47,991 bases of DNA from Paraglomus brasilianum (Eukaryota). Every line of letters starts with the position of its first letter. The first letter of the stretch is position 1. The position numbers and the translations under genes are program-made. Positions 1 to 12,900 of this stretch are shown here, one piece after another. The DNA lies in the NCBI GenBank assembly GCA_910592345.1, contig CAJVPI010000155.1, positions 1-47,991 of the forward strand, read 5' to 3'. The notes under the pieces are model-generated. The model had not been told where the DNA came from and did no database searches. It saw nothing but the letters and a program-made list of their open reading frames with translations.

Positions 1-320
1 AAACGTGGATTCATCACTCCAAATAATTCCATTCCATTCTTTTATTGACCGATTGCCCATCTTCTGAAAGTGTAATAATTTTGCACGTTCTCACATCCAG
101 TAAGTTCTCTTCTATTCCTAACTGAAGCTGGTTATTCATTTTCGCGCAATTTTTACGTAATAAATAAGAGAGATCGAAGAAAACTTTGTCAATATTTGCG
201 ACTGTTACACTATAGATTATTTATGGATACTAGTAAAAATTCACAATCATTTTATTATACATTATCCCGAGCAGTATTCGAATATATAAAGTGTCTGGTG
301 ACTTTTTTCCACTGAGTGTA
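1..320 (-). mobile_element. Internally deleted Tc1-family DNA transposon: terminus plus transposase remnants, running off the window start
   Basis: Minus strand starts TA-CACTCAGTGGAAAAAAGTCACCAGACAC (320-291), a Tc1-like TIR with TA target. An N-terminal-like remnant (KIITLSEDGQS) is joined directly to EWNGIIWSDESTF (nt 39-1), the Tc1 first catalytic Asp motif. Confidence 0.75.
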
Positions 321-1779
321 TTTATCATAGAATTACGTATATATAAAACCGTTAACATGAAAGAAACTAATTTACATCAAATCTTGAAACGGAGACAGGT
401 CCCAAACTCAGACACAACAAATCCACTATAAAATCAAAAAATTACAGTGCTATTAGAAGGTTTGTTTTTAAATTGCATGACAACCAGACTCTCCAGAAAT
501 ATCTAGATAAAGAAAACATCACTTATGAAATTTACCAAGAAGAACAAATGGGGCATGCTGCAACAAAACCAGATAAGGTGAACAATGATGTCACAGGTCT
601 TACCCTCTAGTTGGCTACAGTCAACCCTCCATTCAAGCACCTTCCATACATGCATGCCATGGCTTATTCCCAAGTGAGGGAATTAGGAAATTGATGCACG
701 CCCTCAATATTCTGCATTTTTGATTCCCACTATACGAGTTTCACCCTCTATACATGCATGCCGTGATTTTTATGTGATTTGTACAACAATTTATGTTACA
801 TAGTGATTTGAAATGGCCAAAGTTATGATGATCGGTCTATATAACGACAATGCAACTGAACTTTTTACTGATCCGTGTTACACAACCCTACAGTTTTGGT
901 TCCGAAAATAAGCACCGACCCAAAATTTTCGCGTAACAATTTATTTTATTCCGAGTAAATAAACTCATTCACTATCGCTTATAACAATAACTTCCCAATT
1001 TCTAACTCTATCTGTTATACCACATTTTTCAAAAGATCGAATTATGGTTTGAGCGGATATGTTTCAAGTTTAATGTAAAGGACTCGGAACAATTTCAGTA
1101 ATCTTTATTGAATAAGGCGGAGATCTAATTACATCTGTTCATATATCATTTAAATGTTTTCGCTTTTTTTTTTCATAAAAAAATTTTTTACTGGAATGCG
1201 GCCAACCCTATTCAACCCTATATAGAACAATGTCCAAAGTCAGACCATCAAACAACGAGATTTTACTGGCTGGCAAGAGTCTATGGATCCTGAAAAACTT
1301 ATCCTTTTATCTTTATTAAGTTTCCGTCGACTTTTCCTTTAACGCATTTTGCAACCACGAAGTTCTAGAGAGTATACCCGAAATTTAATCGTCACCGATA
1401 AGAGATGGATTTTTGCTGCTGACAGAATTGAAGTAAAGGCAAGTAATCTATTATAGGGGCGAGGAGATAGGGAAGGAGTCGGACTACGTGACAATACAAG
1501 TCTTTTCCCCACCTAAGCAGCCTGAGTATGCTTTGGGCTAGTTATCTCTGGTGGGCTTTGGAGTTTGCAGGGCCTTCGATATAGAGTTTCTGATTAGTTA
1601 CTCTTTATTTTAAGCATGAAGCACAAGCAGAGGAAGTGAAAGCATTTTGGACATTAAAAAAATCGAGACAGGGAAGAAGCTGAAGGAGTATGAGATAGAA
1701 CTGGGAAAAGTATGTAATTCTGTCACTGATCTTAGTCTAAGGTGTATTAATTTGTTCATGTTACTTAGGCCGAGTTTGC

Positions 1780-2050
1780 TGTCAATTCTTTCAAATTGGG
1801 TAATGAGGTACATAAAATCCATGACAAAGTGTGAATAGATTATGTATTGAATTCACATGCCAACACTAGCCAAGGGAAGGACCATGAGTCTGATAAGGTT
1901 TGCTTCATTGCCTTTACAGTAGTAGTATAAATGATTAATGTCAATGAGTGGAATGATTCAATTATTGTACATCTTTGCAGGTTTCTGGCAAAAAGCATTC
2001 TTTTGCCAGTTTTGATGATAATCCTGTAAGTGTTTTGCTATAATTGCTAC
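1780..2050 (-). mobile_element. Degenerate Ty3/gypsy integrase-like fragment
   Basis: Minus strand reads KTLTGLSSKLAKECFLPETCKDVQ*, like KT..L...YFWP.M.KDV of the integrase Zn domain. MDF...ERIDS follows, like ISMDF...DS at the start of the core. Heavily disrupted. Confidence 0.35.
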
Positions 2051-3947
2051 CTGATAGAATTCCACTGGACATATTGGTTCATTCTTTGTGCATTGAATAA
2101 TTTGCTTGTCAGTTTGTCACTCCTAAGTATTACTATAGTTAAAATACTGAAGACAAACTAGCATTTAAACCTGTAAGAAATATGGTTATACCATATTACA
2201 TCGTTGTTAAATTGCATCTATGATTCTTTACACTATCCCCTCCGTATACATTTTCATTATGACAATCTATTCATATGACAACTTGCTCGGTTCGATGTTT
2301 CTGTCATCGTTAGTGTAGAGGCAAATGTCTTCAACTCTCGAAATATGAATTGTGTCTGAATTTAGCATTTGAAACTGATGCCAAGTATCGAAGCATTCAT
2401 ATTACACTATTAAAGGTCAAATATCGTAAAGTTTTAGTCTCGTTTAACTGTCAAATTGTGTAGTCGTGTTTACAAATCATCATACGATCGGATCAAAATA
2501 GTAATGTTAATTAATATTTCAATGCAAATCATCGTACGATTAGGTTACATGACCTAAGAAATCAGCAGTCTCAAGGCAAAGTTTGATCAATTTACAAGGA
2601 TCAATTGCAATTGTAAGACAAACTGCGATGTGCTTGTCATAAATATAAAGCTATGCTTAAATGTAATTTAAACTGTCATTCTCATAACACACGATGCTGC
2701 AATACTAATTGAATAGTAAATAAATTTTCTACGATATCGTTATTTAAGTTGTCATTGTTTGAGGAAATGTATCGCATAATTGTAATGAATAAATATTATT
2801 AGTTTAGTGATTTCCGCTACAAAATTAATTCTTCCCGATTAGTAAATAAAATTCTGAAATATAATAATTTTAGTTTTATTGGCTAAGAATAAATTTTTAT
2901 TATACTAATACCATTAACCGAATGGTTGTTAGTAATTACACAAACAATCACTGACATCCCACCATCAATATTTCAAGTCTCATTTAAAAGTTTGAATCAA
3001 GCGACTCTTACAACACGCACAACTTATAACTCGTTTGTAAGAATACAATACTTTTAATTAACAACATATGTAGTTGACACTGCTTAATAATATTTTTATC
3101 TAACCTACATATTATCTCAAACTGACATACGTCAATTTAGAATCGACATAAATTCCAAATTGACATACAACAACTCTGTGCCCCCAATACCCGAACCACA
3201 AAGTCATTACCTTGTTGAAGGCGGAGCTTCTCCAATTCCAACTTTTCCCAAGTTCGTAAATTTTGTGAAAGTTTCTTGAAGTCCTCCTGAATCCTCCTTT
3301 ACCAAATTATCGAGATAATAACCGAAGACAAACGTGGTTGCGCTTGTTTGCGTTCTCTTGTCTTTCACATGATCGCATCGTAAATCTTCACGTATAGGAA
3401 CGCCCGATAAATATTTCACAGTTGTCGACAAGGCCATTTTCAGTGTTGCCGCCGTGTCGACACGAAGATATCTTGCACGATACTGGTATCAAAACACAGA
3501 TACTGATTTTTAATACCATATTAGCTATTGGCACGTATTTCAATTGAAAAGGAAAAAGCAAAAACGGGAAAATGGTTAAAAGAGAATTAATTTTGTTAAA
3601 TATACTTAACTTTTTTGTAATTCTTTTTTACTTGTTTATTCTTTTTCGCACTTAAGTTTTGTTCGGTTTTTGGTGTCCAAACTTGCTGGCCACAAACTTT
3701 TATCTAGTGTGATGGTTGGCCATACGATGCTAGATGTATATGCTTCACTATTTGTGTGAATAAATCAAATAATGAAAGCCATGCCACTACATATGAAATC
3801 AATATTAAGTCCAGTATGAGAGCGTTCAAAACATACCAAACCATGACCTTAATTAATATGAGGGTAGTACGTACGCGTGTAAGACAGTCTTTCAAAAAGT
3901 TTACTAATAAATTGGTTCCGCGAACTAGTCGTCCCGTTTAATAATTG

Positions 3948-4732
3948 TACATAGGCAAACTCGATAAGTCGGACTCGTCCTGTGTCCGACTTAATATTAA
4001 CGAGATATCCGACTTTATCATAATAATAAATAATAAACGTACTTTTTATTTGCATGTTATGAGCTAATACAAACTGTTTTAAAATCGCACCGGTTATTGT
4101 ATGATTAGCCTCATTGGCAAGATTTACCCAAATTGCCAACGCTTCTTCCACCGTGGCCATTCACCCCTACGATTACGTTTTTTACTGGCATTTATTGAGC
4201 TTTCGGCCATTTCTCTTTTTCTCTCCTACAGTTGATTTCCTACCAATCTCTTCATACGACTTGGTTGGATTATTTCTCTCATATTTGCATAATTCTTTTT
4301 TTTTTTTTTTGAATATTAATTAGTGAGGTTAATTTTCTTCTCTTTTTGCTTCCAAATCTTCTGCGTTCAATAATTGCAGTTTGGTTGTAAATTGGAATAC
4401 GTTTTTGAAAGCAATTGACTATGTCAACCTTTTTATTGTCTTTCTGAACAATTAAGACAATTGTATCAATGTATTACAAATGATATATTACGATAAATAA
4501 AGGATAATAAAATATTGTTAGATGCTAAATAATGACGTGAATTATTTTGTTACGTTACTAAAATCGTAAAGATTATCCGTAAAAAATCACGTGGTCTGAT
4601 AAACATTCCGCCCCGCTGTCAATATCTGTATTGCTAACGTCTAAGTACTAAATTCTTTAAAGGCTCCGACTTATCGAGAGTCATTTGGTCGACAGGATTG
4701 TCCGAGTTACGACTTATCGCGATTTTTTATAT
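3948..4732 (-). mobile_element. Decayed pogo/Tigger-like element with a CENP-B-type HTH transposase fragment
   Basis: Frameshifted RNRRGEW(P)/TVEEALAIWVNLANEANHTITGAILKQ (about 4180-4075) matches the CENP-B HTH, preceded by QKKKELCKYERNNPTKSYEEIG. Imperfect inverted termini share CGATAAGTCG (3962-3971, inverted near 4668-4677 and 4710-4719). Confidence 0.65.
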
Positions 4733-4877
4733 ATCGTCGAAAATTTTTAACTATTCAAAAAAGTGCGTCGTGATGTATTGAGTTGTAATAATGTTAATAA
4801 CAAACTTATTCAGTGCTAATCATATTCGTATTAAATAAAATACTACCATCAGTAGTGAAATTAATAAATCTATTATA

Positions 4878-4925
4878 TACATAGGCAAACTTGGCTTAAC
4901 TCGGACAAAAATTTTCGGCCCCAGC
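4878..4925 (+). mobile_element. Second pogo-like terminal sequence (solo end)
   Basis: TACATAGGCAAACT at 4878-4891 is identical to the terminus at 3948-3961 and is followed by TAACTCGGACAA, also seen inverted near 4698-4709. Confidence 0.45.
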
Positions 4926-7421
4926 ACTACATGCCTTCAACGATGGAGCATCCACAAGAGATGAGAAACAATTCTTGACCCCCGCCATCAGCGTAATTTA
5001 GGCACGATTTTATTGACATTAACGTCCTGTACACTAAAATTCGGATGCATGTTTTTCATAGCGAAATTGATGACCTTGGGCTTTAGTCTTACCGTCATCG
5101 GTATTAATATCTCGCATTGCACAGTTGTTTGTTGTTATTGTTGGTTTTTTTATTTCCCACTATTCCTGTATAAGTCCTCTCTATATGCACGTAGTAGTTT
5201 CATGTGATCTACAAAAGCCACACTACATAGTCAAAACGACGACATTATAGTATAAGTTTTACATACTAATATGCGTTGTCGTTATACCTTATCACTATTT
5301 AAAATAAATCTTTATCGACTTGCTAACTAGTAAATCATGATTGTTTAATAGCAGACAATATTATATCCTTCGTCTTTATGGGATAACTCGTGGCAAAGAG
5401 ACAGAAAATAAAAACAAAAACATTATTTCCAGCTATTGACACTTGAGTAACCGAAACAGTTAACTTGTAATAAAATTATAGTTTAATAGCAGCATCAATG
5501 TATGTGTTTGCATAAAAAACTAATAAAGAGGGCTAAACCTTTTGCTAACTTCTTTGCTTTAATGCTAAAATTCTTCAGGCCAACATAAATGCTGAGTGAG
5601 CCAAGTAGATTTCCTTACAAAGACCATTCGGCAAGCTCGCACAAAGTTATTATGAATATTGATAGTAATAGTGTTTTCGAATAATCCAGACGACATTATT
5701 TATGAAGTGCCCAATAATAACAAACTTATTGAGGCCTTGTTAATATAACGTATAAACAACCGTCGGATGTCCCTGTTGATAACAGCCAATAATTAGCGTA
5801 AATTCTGGTGATAGTGATGTTGCAATAGTTTGGAGGCTGTTTGTCACAGCAAGAAGATTAGAATATTTAAGCGTTAGATTATTACATTAGTTTAAAACTA
5901 ATAAACGTAATGAAAGAATCAAACATAGACGCGTTTTTTAATCAACGACCATGATAGTTACTTTTGCTGAAGTTCTTCTCATCTTTACAAATAAGGAATC
6001 ACTCACGTGTGGCCAATGAAATGCTAACCTCTGTAAATGCATCTATATATGCACATTCTGACCATCTCCCCGGGTGTGTATTTTTCTACAACCATTACTA
6101 TGTTTTACCGCCCTGGAAACCTTCCTCAAATAGTTAATGCTTTTCAGATACTATGGTACTTTGACGTATTACTACATTGGAAAATTCTTTGCTTTACACT
6201 TAGAATACTACTGATTAAAATATATTCGGCTACTTGCAATTCATTCCAGTTAAATTGTATAACGTACGGTATATTTCATTTTCGTGTTATTGTAAGAGAC
6301 ACCTATATTAATAATGACAACAGAGCAGGCTATCCTTATTGACTAGCTTAATAGTAAACCTGTATTTTTCTCTTACAAAATGGTTTCATTAAATTTGAAA
6401 TTCATTCTAATGCACCAGAATGGCTACTGCAATGAAAAGACTTTTATTGGATAATAAGATCTGTAAATCAATAAAAGGCTAAAATATACACATGATCATT
6501 CTCTTGTAAAGCTTAGTTCGCAATATTAATGGTTTTTTTTCATCTGCTTAAGCTGTTACATAACAGATCAGATAACGTTCAGTGCAGCAAAACCAATACA
6601 AGTTCGATTATCTTTGGAAATTGTGGAACAAAAATAGAACGATGGTGGCGTTAAGATTAGACCCCTGAAACTCTTTATTGTTATCTTTGTTACTCCTAAT
6701 TGATAAACTAACTGATCGATCCCCGGACAAAAAAAAAGATTTTGGATTGATTAATAAAATGATATCCAGATACATTCTACATGTTCGACGACATTCACAT
6801 CTATAATCATAAATATCATCTCTATCACTATATATTTAGCGAACACACTTTCTTACTTATTCGCTTGGCTCTCTTATTCACAAGCAGTAGTATAAATACA
6901 TCGAGTTTGTCGTCAGCCACTCGCTACTTCTTCGCAAGGAAAGCGCCAAAGGCGTTGTTCCAAATACGTGGTAGGCTTAATATTAAAACGAAATGGTTGA
7001 TTATTTATCAATGTTATATAACACGTGGCTCAATATTGATTTGAGATTGTTCTCTTCTTTTGCTTCTTTATCATATGATACTTTTCTGCCAGATCCCAGT
7101 CTAATATTAGCAGCTTTACGGAATTTTCTCCGGTGAGAAGGTAAAATTAAAATGTCAACTTTTTATAAATCAGGATATTACGAAAATATCTGTCTCAGCA
7201 TGATAATAAGAGGTTGACTGTTAGATAATATCGATACAAACAAATACGAATATCGACTTAATTTGTACGGTGAGTAATGAATAAATTCACAATAAGAATG
7301 CAGTAAACATTCTTGCCTCCTCCAACGCAAGACTCTGTTATAGATTTACGTGATCACATAATTCCCAATCTCACATCATCCTTTTTTATCTTATATCATC
7401 AAAAAGGCCCGGCTATTAGCC

Positions 7422-9959
7422 ATGTCGTCAAAGACAGATTCTTTACAAACACTTTCATTCATCGCTCACTCAATTCGCTCATTCCTCGTTTTCTTCGTTC
7501 TCTTAATATCTTCTACTTTATGTTTACCAGTAAATCCCATTCTCCCATCTGCACCTTGCTCTGTTGTGCACAATGACTATATATACACATTTGATGGAAT
7601 ACAAGGCTTGGGATCTGAATCCCTACAGTGGACATTAAGTAGAGCAAAAGGACCATTTCGGAATAACCATATTGAGTGGGAGCATGTGCATAGCGATGGA
7701 AAATTACAGAACGTGCTTTTTGCACAGTGTGTGATGATTGGTGCGGAAATGATTGTAGTTGGAGGAATGAACAGTAAACGCGTAACGTTGAGCGAGAAAG
7801 TTAATGAAGGGAATGAATTTGTTCCTAGAGTGCAGTTGTACAATATCGAGAGAGGTGAGTGGAGTATTATCAGAGATGGAAGACTGCGATTTGATAGAAT
7901 GAAAGTCGGCGCTGTCAATGAGACGGCCGTTGTGGCTATTGAAGGGGTGGGCGGTGAGTATTCTGCAGAGACAAGTAATCATAATAGCAACTTCCTGAAT
8001 AAAGGTTTTATATGGAACCTGGAGGATAATAGGGTCGAGTTCATCCCCCTTCATAATATACCTTTAATCTCGTTTGCTGGATCAGTGGTGATTGGAAAGT
8101 ATTTATATATTATTGGGGGAATGATAAGATCAGATACTGGAAGAAGTAAAGGAACAAGAGATATTTGGAAGTTCGATCTCACTGAACATGAGTGGACGTT
8201 ATCAGATATGTCGTTGGACGCTGAATTTGTAACCATCATAGCAGTTGGTTATAAGAACGAGAGTATATTTGTATTACCCGGCCTCGATTCTTTTGAACGC
8301 ATTTCAGAAGGTGGCTTGCGTATCTTAGACATAACCAGAAATTCCACAACGATCATCAGCAATCCAACACTTCCTCGGTGGGGACATAGTATGCTAGTAC
8401 TTGGAGATCAATTGGTTATTCACGGAGGTATCTATGAAAATGGAGATACTCTGTGTGACATTCACATACTCAATATACCGTCGCTGACACGGCAGAGAAA
8501 CGCAAGAATGAAAGCAAGGGATAATGTACCTCAGAACGCTGTCAACGATAATACGATCCAAGTTACGGAAGTTAACCGAGGGAAAAAGGATGAGACGTTG
8601 CTCGTTATTGGTTTGACAGCGACGGGTGTGATAGCATTTTTATGTCTTGCTATGCGAAAAAAGAGATTGTCAATAAGAAAATCAAAGGACAAGAACGACG
8701 TTGAACCTGGAGATATGTCCACTCAGGATATAAATAGCTCAAAAAGCGGGTCGAGTGAACAAAAGGGCGAATCCTCAAGTGCCTCCCGAAATCGTCTACG
8801 CTCTTTATTACGCCTAATATCAAAGCAAAAACGATCAGAGTCCTCAACCAATTCTAGGTCTTCATCACCTGCCTCACCATCTCAATCGCCTGTCTCGTCA
8901 TCTCAGCCACTTGCATCATCTCAACCGTCTACCCCGCTTATTGAGCCTACCTTGTCGTCTCCTATTGCTACTTCATCATTTCATGTTTTTCCTTTATCAC
9001 CTTATCTTACTTCATCGTCATCTAATTCTACTTCTTCGTATGATCTACAAGATCACCTTCCACCCACCATGCTTTCAAAACGACCGGTTGAGCTCATAAC
9101 ATCGTCTCGAGTTTCTCATTTCCGGCTTCCTTCTCGTTTCGTAGCGCTTCAGAAGAAGATAATACAGCCTCACGTTAATCAATCTGTTTTCCCAAGGCTA
9201 TTCATGCTATTTCCTAATCCGGGAGTCGATCCAGAAGATGTGTTCAATCCAAAGAAATGGAACACAGAGACATTTGGCTTGTACCTTTTGTGTGAAGGAT
9301 TATCGAATGACAATGATGGTATACATATGCCTGCATTAGATGAGGCAGGATATGGTCTTGATGCTGATCCGCTCGAGTTCATTCGGTCAATTGGTCCTTA
9401 TATTTCCATTATATCTGACCTGATGGCAGCTATTTTGTCAGCCGATTTATATAACAAACAGAGATCAGCAAAGCATAAGCCTGTAGACGTAGGATTTGAT
9501 CCAGCGTTATTAAATGATCCTGAAGAAGACGAGAGTAGGATGAAGAGAAAACAGATAGACTTTTTTAAGCAGATGAGCGAAATGTTGGAAGATTTGACTG
9601 GAGAAAAGAAACTCAAAGGAAAAAAGTATCTGAAAACATTAGAGGCCTGTCAGCTGCCTGCATTTGAAGCTGTTGGGAAGCTCTTGAAAATTGAATGGAG
9701 AAATCATAAGACGAGTAACAAGGAGGAAAGTAAGAGAGATGATGTAGAATATGAAAAGGACAATGATTCGGAGAGTAAGAGGGATAGGGAGATTGAGAAG
9801 AAGGGTGAAATCACATATATGTGTGGATTATTCAAGGTGCGAGTAAGTACAATGTTTGATGACATACCTGGGCATTCAAATGTTTCCAGATGGGTCTGTG
9901 AAAAATGCCGGTCGTTACACATTTCACGTACCAGTAAACTTAAATCACCTAAAAAATAA
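7422..9959 (+). CDS. Intronless 845-aa single-pass membrane protein: signal peptide, Kelch-repeat ectodomain, TM helix, Ser/Pro-rich linker, Roco/TORNADO1-C-terminal-like cytoplasmic domain
   Basis: One 2538-nt ORF. Hydrophobic N-terminus (FLVFFVLLISSTLCL); Kelch signatures MIVVGG, LYIIGG, DIWKFDL...W, PRWGHS...LVIHGG; TM LLVIGLTATGVIAFLCLAM followed by RKKR; tail motifs PRLF, LYLLCE, GY...P.EFI...GPY, GLFKV, RWVCEKC. Confidence 0.85.
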   Translation: MSSKTDSLQTLSFIAHSIRSFLVFFVLLISSTLCLPVNPILPSAPCSVVHNDYIYTFDGIQGLGSESLQWTLSRAKGPFRNNHIEWEHVHSDGKLQNVLFAQCVMIGAEMIVVGGMNSKRVTLSEKVNEGNEFVPRVQLYNIERGEWSIIRDGRLRFDRMKVGAVNETAVVAIEGVGGEYSAETSNHNSNFLNKGFIWNLEDNRVEFIPLHNIPLISFAGSVVIGKYLYIIGGMIRSDTGRSKGTRDIWKFDLTEHEWTLSDMSLDAEFVTIIAVGYKNESIFVLPGLDSFERISEGGLRILDITRNSTTIISNPTLPRWGHSMLVLGDQLVIHGGIYENGDTLCDIHILNIPSLTRQRNARMKARDNVPQNAVNDNTIQVTEVNRGKKDETLLVIGLTATGVIAFLCLAMRKKRLSIRKSKDKNDVEPGDMSTQDINSSKSGSSEQKGESSSASRNRLRSLLRLISKQKRSESSTNSRSSSPASPSQSPVSSSQPLASSQPSTPLIEPTLSSPIATSSFHVFPLSPYLTSSSSNSTSSYDLQDHLPPTMLSKRPVELITSSRVSHFRLPSRFVALQKKIIQPHVNQSVFPRLFMLFPNPGVDPEDVFNPKKWNTETFGLYLLCEGLSNDNDGIHMPALDEAGYGLDADPLEFIRSIGPYISIISDLMAAILSADLYNKQRSAKHKPVDVGFDPALLNDPEEDESRMKRKQIDFFKQMSEMLEDLTGEKKLKGKKYLKTLEACQLPAFEAVGKLLKIEWRNHKTSNKEESKRDDVEYEKDNDSESKRDREIEKKGEITYMCGLFKVRVSTMFDDIPGHSNVSRWVCEKCRSLHISRTSKLKSPKK

Positions 9960-12900
9960 TTGCCTGTCAGTCTTGTGTAGTGGTTGGGGTTAGTATAATG
10001 TTATTATAGATGGGCTAGCGGAATTTAGCATGGCTAATAGAATAATAAAGACAAATAATTTAGAGTGCATACTGTAATTGTGATCAGTTATTACAAACGG
10101 CAACACTCAACATTCCATTAAGAAAAGTATCCTTTCTCTTACTTGGGATAGGCTCTACACGTTGCAATAACAACCAATTCTCATCCAATTAATGAGCTCA
10201 CATTGGTTGCTGTGTAGTATGTATCTGTCCCCGCCTTTATTTACATTCATAGCACCAGCCCAATTGCCCAATAAGCTGCCAACATCTTTTCTGATACGTT
10301 GTTCGAGTTGATTATTAATGGATTAACAATCAATAATGATTATCAATGCAAGACGTTGACGCAAATATTTACGTGTTTTCTGTGTTTGAAATAGAATTAC
10401 ATGAACGCGTGTGCATTTGGTAAGAACTTGATGCATGCAAACCAAGCAAGATAAAATTGATTTCATATAAAAATGACTAGATACTTACAGAACGGCATTG
10501 CTCTATCGTAGAATCATCAAAATCATCATTTTTCTCCTTGAACCTGCTGTCTATAATTTCGATAACACATGATACTGGTGTTACTGTAATTATTAGATGA
10601 GATCGATCATATCTATACATGTTTAGACTCATTGTTGCCAACGTTAATGTTCCACTACGTATCATGCAATATTTAATTCAGTATCTTATCTTGAGGTAAC
10701 GAAGATAAGAAAATCGCAACGTAATACACATCAGGACAACTATACTTTTTATATCTGTGTGGGAATTATTGGAAACGATCGGTATCCACTCAACCATTTT
10801 TAACTTCCTTGCTAAATGATAGGGTGGGCTAATATTTGGTTTTTCAAAGAATGGCTTAATATTAATATTAATGTCGGAAGGAGTGTCAACGTATAGAAAG
10901 TCAAAATCTGTTCAATTGCAAATAACTTCTTTAATCCTCCAATCTGCTAGTACTTCAGAAATATGTAGCAGATGAGAGATTAGATGTGATTCTACTTGGT
11001 GCGTTTTTAGTTCTGCTATACCTTTCTTTATTTTGCAAACAGGACTAAATTTTTGCAATTATAACAGCTATAATAATTAGTATAACAAAGGGTCAGTCAA
11101 AATCCTGCCGCACTATTTATTACCAAAATAAAAGAAATATTAGGCAACATTGTAAGATTTAATTCATGCATAAGAGATGTTCTCCTAATACTAATGTAAA
11201 AATAATTACCTAATATCTTGATTCAAAATAAAGCTGGCAATTATATTACAAAATAAAACTTGGAAGTTATTCATGCGAATGCCCAAAGTTTAATATTATA
11301 ATGTAATAATAAAAAATTAATGTATTAAATTGATAATCTTTGATAATAAAATTTTGTGGCGGCAACTACGTTTCTGTTCTCAGTAGTTCAACTTAGTGAC
11401 TATTAAGTGAATGTCAGACCCCGTGACATTTACCTTATTGCAAAAAACCATTATTTCGTTAAAGCTCTAATTCGATGTTGCGAACCTCGTTTCTATAACA
11501 CGAATTTACTGTATCTACTCTATTGCTGTAGGGTAAAGGCTTTATCATACCAGATTTCTTCGCTTTGAGTCAATAGTCAAATATGTACGGCGTAAAAAAT
11601 TTTAATTAATATATTATAACGTTTAAGTGTAAAAACATCTCAACAAATAACGATAAATGAAATTTATATTTAATAGTTACACTTACCCATACTTGTAAGT
11701 TCATTTATCGCATAAAGATATTTATGGTCAGGACTTTATATTGTAGTTCTATTCTGAAACCCGTTGGTATAATCAGCTTCCAATAATTGTTATTATTATT
11801 CAATAAAATGGGTTGAACATATGTGTAATATTGTGGATTGAGATCGCTTAATCTTAATTTTTTCCAAAAAATGACCTCTATAATCAATATGCTATGTCTT
11901 TCTTGTCGCACTTTTTGATTAATATTTGGCTTCATAAATTAAACGCTTGCATCCATACTGAATTCGAATAATACATTACTAAAAGCGTGTATTGGCTTAG
12001 TCGCGGCAAATTTTTCAGACAGCTTTAATTTACTATTAACAGACAATGGAACCTTTTTTTATTAAAATCTCTCCATTTTTATATTATTTATAACTAAACC
12101 CAGAGAGAAAGAAGCATAGACATATGGAATTTGGCAACCCTGCACGTGGTAATTCACGTGAAACTTGGCTCGGATATAACGATTCAAAGATGCTGCTTCG
12201 GTATTCTTCAGCTGTTCAAATGGCTGAGGAAAAAAGTTTTAGCATTGAATATGTAGTCTTAGCATTTCTCCTCGATGCTTTGCTACCTGAAAGTCTATCA
12301 ACTGCTTGATAAAGGAACGATATGTAATATTGATTTCCCTTCTCGAGCGTAAGTTCTCAACTCCTCACTCTACGCTATGAATAATTATCTGAGACGTGAA
12401 GACTTGATAACTCCAGTCTCTAATGTCGATTGCTGCCAATGTTGGGTGAAGAGATTTTGCGGTGGTATGAAGGGCGTAGTGCCGAAAGATTGGAGCACTT
12501 GCTATATTATGTGAACATATGACGTCACATTATTTCCGTTTTTTTCTTAGGAACAAATGCTACCATTAATTACTAACGCGATGGGAATTAACACAGCTGG
12601 GAAATCTGGCCGATGGATGCTTTTACTTCCGCACTGGTTCTGAGAGCTGCTGCTTCTTGCTCTTCATCAGCTAAGTCTTTTTGCAAGCGGGCTAACTTTT
12701 GGTTTTTATTCGGATTTTAGCGTATTCTTCAAGGGTCTCTTAGTTTGAGAGCTTTTCCATGCTTCCTACAAACAGATTTTTATTTATTGGTCTTACGCGT
12801 TTTCTTTTTATTTCGAATTCTAATAGTAAAGCAAGATGAAAAAAAAGTAAGTTAGTGGTGATAAATTCAATTGAGACGCATGCACCAAGTGAGAATAATG

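Noticed and set aside
824..871. C/D-box snoRNA-like ATGATGA...CTGA
   Set aside because: Too short, with no terminal stem or recognisable rRNA guide.
1390..1520. Possible polypurine tract plus LTR start (TGTCACG) on the minus strand next to the integrase relic
   Set aside because: No second LTR copy or defined end is visible.
3207..3437. 76-aa ORF with protein-like composition
   Set aside because: Possibly a pseudogene fragment, but no recognisable family or gene structure.
7513..9922. Short antisense and alternate-frame ORFs over the Kelch gene (likewise over CHL1, RNR1 and the transporter)
   Set aside because: Shadow ORFs of real coding sequence with no independent protein features.
10211..10300. 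U2 snRNA-like words (GTGTAGTAT, TCTGATACG)
   Set aside because: Spacing is wrong and the conserved U2 5' sequence is absent.
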